The notes under the pieces: generated by a model
Databases searched by the model: none
Seen by the model: only the letters and a program-made list of their open reading frames with translations
What the model was told of the DNA's origin: nothing
Position numbers and translations under genes: made by a program
IMG/VR virus record: IMGVR_UViG_2734482569_000014
DNA: 40,719 nucleotides
Source of the DNA: a virus
Lineage: Duplodnaviria; Heunggongvirae; Uroviricota; Caudoviricetes
Direction: 5' to 3' (one strand)
Shown here: piece by piece, positions 35,334-40,719 of the stretch
How the letters are laid out: each line of letters opens with the position of its first letter
Numbering within the stretch: the stretch's first letter is position 1

Positions 35334-37934
35334 ATGAGCACAAAACCACTCTTCCTGTTACGGAAAGCGAAAAAATCATCCGGTGAACCTGACGTCGTCC
35401 TGTGGGCAAGCAACGATTTTGAATCGACCTGTGCCACTCTGGACTACCTGATCGTTAAGTCAGGTAAAAAACTGAGCAGCTATTTTAAAGCTGTTGCCAC
35501 GAATTTTCCTGTCGTTAATGACCTGCCCGCTGAAGGTGAGATCGATTTTACCTGGAGTGAACGCTATCAACTCAGCAAAGACTCCATGACATGGGAACTA
35601 AAACCGGGAGCAGCACCAGACAACGCTCACTATCAAGGCAATACCAACGTCAACGGCGAAGACATGACTGAGATTGAGGAGAATATGCTACTCCCAATTT
35701 CTGGCCAGGAACTGCCCATTCGTTGGCTTGCTCAACACGGCAGCGAAAAACCGGTAACGCACGTTTCACGCGACGGACTCCAGGCATTACACATTGCTCG
35801 GGCTGAAGAACTACCGGCTGTTACTGCCCTGGCTGTTTCCCACAAAACCAGCCTGCTCGACCCGCTGGAAATTCGCGAACTCCACAAACTGGTTCGTGAC
35901 ACTGACAAAGTTTTCCCTAATCCTGGTAATTCAAACCTGGGACTGATAACTGCTTTTTTCGAAGCATACCTGAACGCTGACTACACCGATCGAGGACTGC
36001 TGACAAAAGAGTGGATGAAGGGTAATCGTGTTTCACACATCACTCGCACGGCTTCCGGTGCTAATGCTGGCGGCGGAAACCTCACCGATCGCGGCGAAGG
36101 TTTCGTACACGATCTGACGTCACTGGCGCGGGACGTAGCCACTGGCGTACTGGCCCGTTCAATGGATCTGGACATCTATAACCTTCATCCGGCACACGCT
36201 AAACGCATTGAGGAAATTATCGCTGAAAATAAACCGCCCTTTTCTGTTTTCCGCGACAAATTCATCACCATGCCTGGCGGGCTGGATTATTCCCGCGCCA
36301 TCGTGGTTGCGTCCGTAAAAGAAGCACCAATTGGGATCGAGGTCATCCCCGCGCACGTCACTGAATATCTGAACAAAGTACTGACTGAAACCGATCATGC
36401 CAACCCTGATCCGGAAATCGTGGATATTGCCTGCGGTCGCTCCTCTGCCCCGATGCCGCAGCGAGTAACAGAAGAAGGAAAACAGGATGATGAAGAAAAA
36501 CCGCAACCATCTGGAACAACGGCAGTTGAACAGGGAGAGGCTGAAACAATGGAACCGGACGCAACTGAACATCATCAGGACACGCAGCCGCTGGATGCTC
36601 AGTCACAGGTAAATTCTGTTGATGCGAAATATCAGGAACTGCGGGCAGAACTCCATGAAGCCCGGAAAAACATTCCATCAAAAAATCCTGTCGATGCCGA
36701 TAAATTGCTTGCTGCATCACGTGGTGAATTTGTTGACGGAATTAGCGACCCGAACGATCCGAAATGGGTAAAGGGGATCCAGACTCGCGATTGTGTGTAC
36801 CAGAACCAGCCAGAAACGGAAAAAACCAGCCCGGATATGAATCAACCTGAGCCAGTAGTGCAACAGGAACCGGAAATAGCCTGCAATGCCTGCGGCCAGA
36901 CTGGCGGGGATAACTGCCCTGACTGTGGTGCGGTGATGGGCGACGCAACATACCAGGAAACATTCGATGAAGAGAGTCAGGTTGAAGCTAAGGAAAATGA
37001 TCCGGAGGAAATGGAAGGCGCTGAACATCCGCACAATGAGAATGCTGGCAGCGATCCGCATCGCGATTGCAGTGATGAAACTGGCGAAGTCGCAGATCCC
37101 GTAATCGTAGAAGACATAGAGCCAGGTATTTATTACGGAATTTCGAATGAGAATTACCACGCGGGTCCCGGTGTCAGTAAGTCTCAGCTCGATGACATTG
37201 CTGATACTCCGGCACTGTATTTGTGGCGTAAAAATGCCCCCGTGGACACCACAAAGACAAAAACGCTCGATTTAGGAACCGCTTTCCACTGCCGGGTACT
37301 TGAGCCGGAAGAATTCAGTAACCGCTTTATCGTAGCACCTGAATTTAACCGCCGGACAAACTCCGGAAAAGAAGAAGAGAAAGCGTTTCTGAGGGAATGC
37401 GCAAGCACAGGAAAAACGGTTATCACTGCCGAAGAAGGCCGGAAAATTGAACTCATGTATCAGAGCGTTATGGCTTTGCCGCTGGGGCAATGGCTTGTTG
37501 AAAGCGCCGGACACGCTGAATCATCAATTTACTGGGAAGATCCTGAAACAGCAATTTTGTGTCGGTGCCGTCCGGACAAAATTATCCCTGAATTTCACTG
37601 GATCATGGACGTGAAAACTACGGCGGATATTCAACGATTCAAAACCGCTTATTACGACTACCGCTATCACGTTCAGGATGCATTCTACAGTGACGGTTAT
37701 GAAGCACAGTTTGGAGTGCAGCCAACTTTCGTTTTTCTGGTTGCCAGCACAACTATTGAATGCGGACGTTATCCGGTTGAAATTTTCATGATGGGCGAAG
37801 AAGCAAAACTGGCAGGTCAGCTGGAATATCACCGCAATCTGCGAACCCTGGCTGACTGCCTCAATACCGATGAATGGCCAGCTATTAAGACGTTATCACT
37901 GCCCCGCTGGGCTAAGGAATATGCAAATGACTAA
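35334..37934 (+). CDS. recE: Exodeoxyribonuclease VIII (RecE)
   Basis: 866 aa, same length as K-12 RecE; followed by overlapping recT. Confidence 0.9.
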   Translation: MSTKPLFLLRKAKKSSGEPDVVLWASNDFESTCATLDYLIVKSGKKLSSYFKAVATNFPVVNDLPAEGEIDFTWSERYQLSKDSMTWELKPGAAPDNAHYQGNTNVNGEDMTEIEENMLLPISGQELPIRWLAQHGSEKPVTHVSRDGLQALHIARAEELPAVTALAVSHKTSLLDPLEIRELHKLVRDTDKVFPNPGNSNLGLITAFFEAYLNADYTDRGLLTKEWMKGNRVSHITRTASGANAGGGNLTDRGEGFVHDLTSLARDVATGVLARSMDLDIYNLHPAHAKRIEEIIAENKPPFSVFRDKFITMPGGLDYSRAIVVASVKEAPIGIEVIPAHVTEYLNKVLTETDHANPDPEIVDIACGRSSAPMPQRVTEEGKQDDEEKPQPSGTTAVEQGEAETMEPDATEHHQDTQPLDAQSQVNSVDAKYQELRAELHEARKNIPSKNPVDADKLLAASRGEFVDGISDPNDPKWVKGIQTRDCVYQNQPETEKTSPDMNQPEPVVQQEPEIACNACGQTGGDNCPDCGAVMGDATYQETFDEESQVEAKENDPEEMEGAEHPHNENAGSDPHRDCSDETGEVADPVIVEDIEPGIYYGISNENYHAGPGVSKSQLDDIADTPALYLWRKNAPVDTTKTKTLDLGTAFHCRVLEPEEFSNRFIVAPEFNRRTNSGKEEEKAFLRECASTGKTVITAEEGRKIELMYQSVMALPLGQWLVESAGHAESSIYWEDPETAILCRCRPDKIIPEFHWIMDVKTTADIQRFKTAYYDYRYHVQDAFYSDGYEAQFGVQPTFVFLVASTTIECGRYPVEIFMMGEEAKLAGQLEYHRNLRTLADCLNTDEWPAIKTLSLPRWAKEYAND

Positions 37935-38736
37935 GCAACCACCAATCGCAAAAGCCGATCTGCAAAAAACTCAGGGAAACCGTGCACCAGCAGCAATTAA
38001 AAATAACGACGTGATTAGTTTTATTAACCAGCCATCAATGAAAGAGCAACTGGCAGCAGCTCTTCCACGCCATATGACGGCTGAACGTATGATCCGTATC
38101 GCCACCACAGAAATTCGTAAAGTTCCGGCGTTAGGAAACTGTGACACTATGAGTTTTGTCAGTGCAATCGTACAGTGTTCACAGCTCGGACTTGAGCCCG
38201 GTAGCGCCCTCGGTCATGCATATTTACTGCCTTTTGGTAATAAAAACGAAAAGAGCGGTAAAAAAAACGTTCAGCTAATCATTGGCTATCGCGGCATGAT
38301 TGATCTGGCTCGCCGTTCAGGTCAAATCGCCAGCCTGTCAGCCCGTGTTGTCCGTGAAGGTGACGAGTTTAATTTCGAATTTGGCCTTGATGAAAAGTTA
38401 ATACACCGCCCAGGAGAAAACGAAGATGCCCCTGTTACCCACGTCTATGCTGTCGCAAGACTGAAAGACGGAGGTACTCAGTTTGAAGTTATGACGCGCA
38501 AACAGATTGAGCTGGTGCGCAGCCAGAGTAAAGCTGGTAATAACGGGCCGTGGGTAACTCACTGGGAAGAAATGGCAAAGAAAACGGCTATTCGTCGCCT
38601 GTTCAAATATCTGCCCGTATCAATTGAGATCCAGCGTGCAGTATCAATGGATGAAAAGGAACCACTGACAATCGATCCTGCAGATTCCTCTGTATTAACC
38701 GGGGAATACAGTGTAATCGATAATTCAGAGGAATAA
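37927..38736 (+). CDS. recT: Single-strand annealing protein RecT
   Basis: Start [12 protein letters not shown] overlapping recE stop; 269 aa. Confidence 0.9.
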   Translation: MTKQPPIAKADLQKTQGNRAPAAIKNNDVISFINQPSMKEQLAAALPRHMTAERMIRIATTEIRKVPALGNCDTMSFVSAIVQCSQLGLEPGSALGHAYLLPFGNKNEKSGKKNVQLIIGYRGMIDLARRSGQIASLSARVVREGDEFNFEFGLDEKLIHRPGENEDAPVTHVYAVARLKDGGTQFEVMTRKQIELVRSQSKAGNNGPWVTHWEEMAKKTAIRRLFKYLPVSIEIQRAVSMDEKEPLTIDPADSSVLTGEYSVIDNSEE

Positions 38737-38791
38737 TTCAGCCTGGCGGTGTAATGCACCGCCAACTTGAAATATTTTTATGAGAAAAATT

Positions 38792-38941
38792 ATGAGATAT
38801 GACAATGTTAAACCATGTCCATTTTGTGGTTGTCCATCAGTAACGGTGAAAGCCATTTCAGGATATTACCGAGCGAAGTGTAACGGATGCGAATCCCGAA
38901 CCGGTTATGGTGGAAGTGAAAAAGAAGCACTCGAACGATGA
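38792..38941 (+). pseudogene. ralR: ralR (restriction alleviation / type I toxin) with apparent premature TGA at codon 50
   Basis: Reads MRYDNVKPCPFCGCPSVTVKAISGYYRAKCNGCESRTGYGGSEKEALER then TGA, after which NKRTTGNNNGGVHV continues in frame; a 64-aa ORF is absent from the track. Confidence 0.5.
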
Positions 38942-38966
38942 AATAAACGAACCACTGGAAATAATA

Positions 38967-39167
38967 ATGGAGGTGTTCATGTATAAAATTACCGCCACTA
39001 TTGAAAAGGAAGGTGGCACTCCTACTAACTGGACAAGATATTCAAAATCTAAACTAACGAAATCAGAATGCGAAAAAATGCTCTCAGGTAAAAAAGAAGC
39101 AGGCGTTTCCAGAGAGCAGAAAGTAAAACTGATAAATTTTAATTGCGAGAAACTTCAGTCCTCGTGA
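38967..39167 (+). CDS. ydaC: YdaC-like small protein
   Basis: MEVFMYKITATIEKEGGTPTNW...; track ORF extends upstream to 38907 inside ralR in another frame. Confidence 0.5.
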   Translation: MEVFMYKITATIEKEGGTPTNWTRYSKSKLTKSECEKMLSGKKEAGVSREQKVKLINFNCEKLQSS

Positions 39168-39266
39168 ATTGCATTGTATTCAAATTAAAACTTCATAGCT
39201 GATTATTAATAATCAACATCGGGCGTCAATTTAAGTCTAACATTGGCGCCTGCCAGAGGTGATGCG

Positions 39267-39482
39267 ATGGCACAAGTAATCTTTAATGAAGAGTGGATGG
39301 TTGAATACGGCCTGATGCTTCGCACTGGTCTGGGGGCCAGACAAATTGAAGCATACCGCCAGAACTGTTGGGTGGAAGGCTTCCACTTCAAACGAGTATC
39401 TCCTTTAGGGAAGCCAGACAGTAAGCGAGGGATTATCTGGTATAACTATCCAAAGATAAATCAGTTTATCAAAGACTCATGA
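39267..39482 (+). CDS. xis: Excisionase (YdaQ/Xis-like)
   Basis: [28 protein letters not shown]..., 71 aa, immediately upstream of integrase. Confidence 0.7.
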   Translation: MAQVIFNEEWMVEYGLMLRTGLGARQIEAYRQNCWVEGFHFKRVSPLGKPDSKRGIIWYNYPKINQFIKDS

Positions 39483-39483
39483 T

Positions 39484-40719
39484 ATGTCTAAATTACCAAC
39501 AGGTGTCGAGATTCGAGGTAAATACATTCGCATCTGGTTCATGTTTCGAGGAAAACGATGTCGGGAAACATTGAAAGGCTGGGAGGTTACTAACAGTAAC
39601 ATTAAAAAAGCCGGGAATTTAAGAGCGTTGATAGTTCATGAAATCAATTCCGGTGAGTTTGAGTATTTAAGACGTTTTCCCCAGTCCAGCACTGGGGCAA
39701 AAATGGTGACAACGAGGGTCATAAAAACGTTCGGGGAGCTTTGTGATATCTGGACAAAAATTAAAGAAACAGAGTTAACAACAAACACAATGAAGAAAAC
39801 GAAATCACAATTAAAAACACTCAGGATAATAATTTGTGAGAGTACTCCGATATCGCATATTCGTTATAGCGATATCTTAAACTACCGGAATGAACTGCTG
39901 CATGGAGAAACGCTTTACCTGGATAATCCAAGATCCAACAAAAAAGGAAGAACCGTGCGCACAGTTGATAACTATATCGCCCTGCTCTGTTCGTTGTTAC
40001 GTTTTGCGTATCAGTCGGGATTTATATCAACCAAACCATTTGAAGGAGTAAAGAAATTACAGAGAAACAGAATAAAGCCTGACCCGTTATCTAAAACAGA
40101 ATTCAATGCATTAATGGAAAGTGAAAAAGGACAGAGCCAGAACTTGTGGAAATTTGCCGTATACTCCGGGCTTCGTCACGGGGAACTGGCTGCTCTGGCG
40201 TGGGAGGATGTGGATTTCGAGAAGGGAGTTGTGAATGTCAGAAGAAACCTGACGATACTGGATATGTTCGGTCCCCCAAAAACAAATGCGGGGATCCGGA
40301 CGGTAACACTACTGCAGCCTGCTCTTGAAGCACTGAAGGAGCAATACAAACTGACCGGGCATCATCGCAAAAGCGAAATCACTTTTTATCATCGGGAGTA
40401 CGGCAGAACCGAAAAGCAAAAACTGCATTTTGTTTTCATGCCCAGAGTGTGTAACGGAAAACAGAAACCTTATTACTCGGTAAGCAGTTTGGGTGCGAGA
40501 TGGAATGCAGCAGTAAAACGTGCTGGTATTCGCCGCCGTAATCCGTACCATACGCGGCATACTTTTGCCTGCTGGCTGTTGACGGCAGGAGCGAACCCGG
40601 CGTTTATAGCCAGCCAGATGGGGCATGAAACTGCGCAGATGGTGTATGAAATTTACGGTATGTGGATTGATGACATGAACGACGAACAGGTAGCCATGTT
40701 GAATGCGCGGTTATCGTAG
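39484..40719 (+). CDS. intR: Tyrosine recombinase / prophage integrase
   Basis: 411 aa; C-terminal catalytic region with HTRHTFACWLL...Y motif; stop codon is the last three bases of the window. Confidence 0.9.
   Translation: MSKLPTGVEIRGKYIRIWFMFRGKRCRETLKGWEVTNSNIKKAGNLRALIVHEINSGEFEYLRRFPQSSTGAKMVTTRVIKTFGELCDIWTKIKETELTTNTMKKTKSQLKTLRIIICESTPISHIRYSDILNYRNELLHGETLYLDNPRSNKKGRTVRTVDNYIALLCSLLRFAYQSGFISTKPFEGVKKLQRNRIKPDPLSKTEFNALMESEKGQSQNLWKFAVYSGLRHGELAALAWEDVDFEKGVVNVRRNLTILDMFGPPKTNAGIRTVTLLQPALEALKEQYKLTGHHRKSEITFYHREYGRTEKQKLHFVFMPRVCNGKQKPYYSVSSLGARWNAAVKRAGIRRRNPYHTRHTFACWLLTAGANPAFIASQMGHETAQMVYEIYGMWIDDMNDEQVAMLNARLS

Noticed and set aside
1-40719. CRISPR arrays, rRNA genes, insertion sequences or transposase genes
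   Set aside because: No regularly spaced direct repeats, no rRNA-like conserved blocks, and no transposase-like ORFs or terminal inverted repeats were seen on either strand.

Overview
This window reads as an essentially complete lambdoid prophage of the Rac type (gene content and order match what I recall of E. coli K-12 Rac, but here the head and tail genes are present). No database search was run; all calls rest on the supplied ORF translations, motifs I read in the sequence, and recalled family knowledge. Layout, left to right: minus-strand late genes (start of tail protein J at the window edge, then I, K, L, M, tape measure H, G/GT chaperone with a -1 frameshift site, major tail, head-tail joining proteins, capsid, scaffold, MuF-like protein, portal, terminase large and small subunits), a ParB-like protein and a putative transferase, TrkG, the lysis cassette (Rz/Rz1, SAR endolysin, pinholin), two lipoproteins, a long non-coding late-control gap, a Q-like gene and nin-like genes, an AT-rich accessory block, the replication and immunity genes (ydaW/V/U/T/S, racR), and the plus-strand early-left arm (ydaG, ydaF, sieB on minus, kilR, ydaE, racC, recE, recT, ralR, ydaC, xis, int). 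The two strongest candidates for something undescribed are (1) tandem lipoproteins whose C-termini closely resemble TolA domain III, sitting in the moron slot between the late-control region and the lysis genes, and (2) an AT-rich two-gene operon pairing a HEPN-motif protein with a GNAT-domain fusion protein. Other points worth a look: a YeaR-like moron with an NsrR-type operator, an apparent nonsense codon in ralR, and the ParB-like/GT-A-like pair ahead of the terminase. No rRNA, tRNA, CRISPR array or IS element was recognised. Single-base coordinates of hand-read motifs may be off by a base or so; CDS coordinates follow the ORF track.
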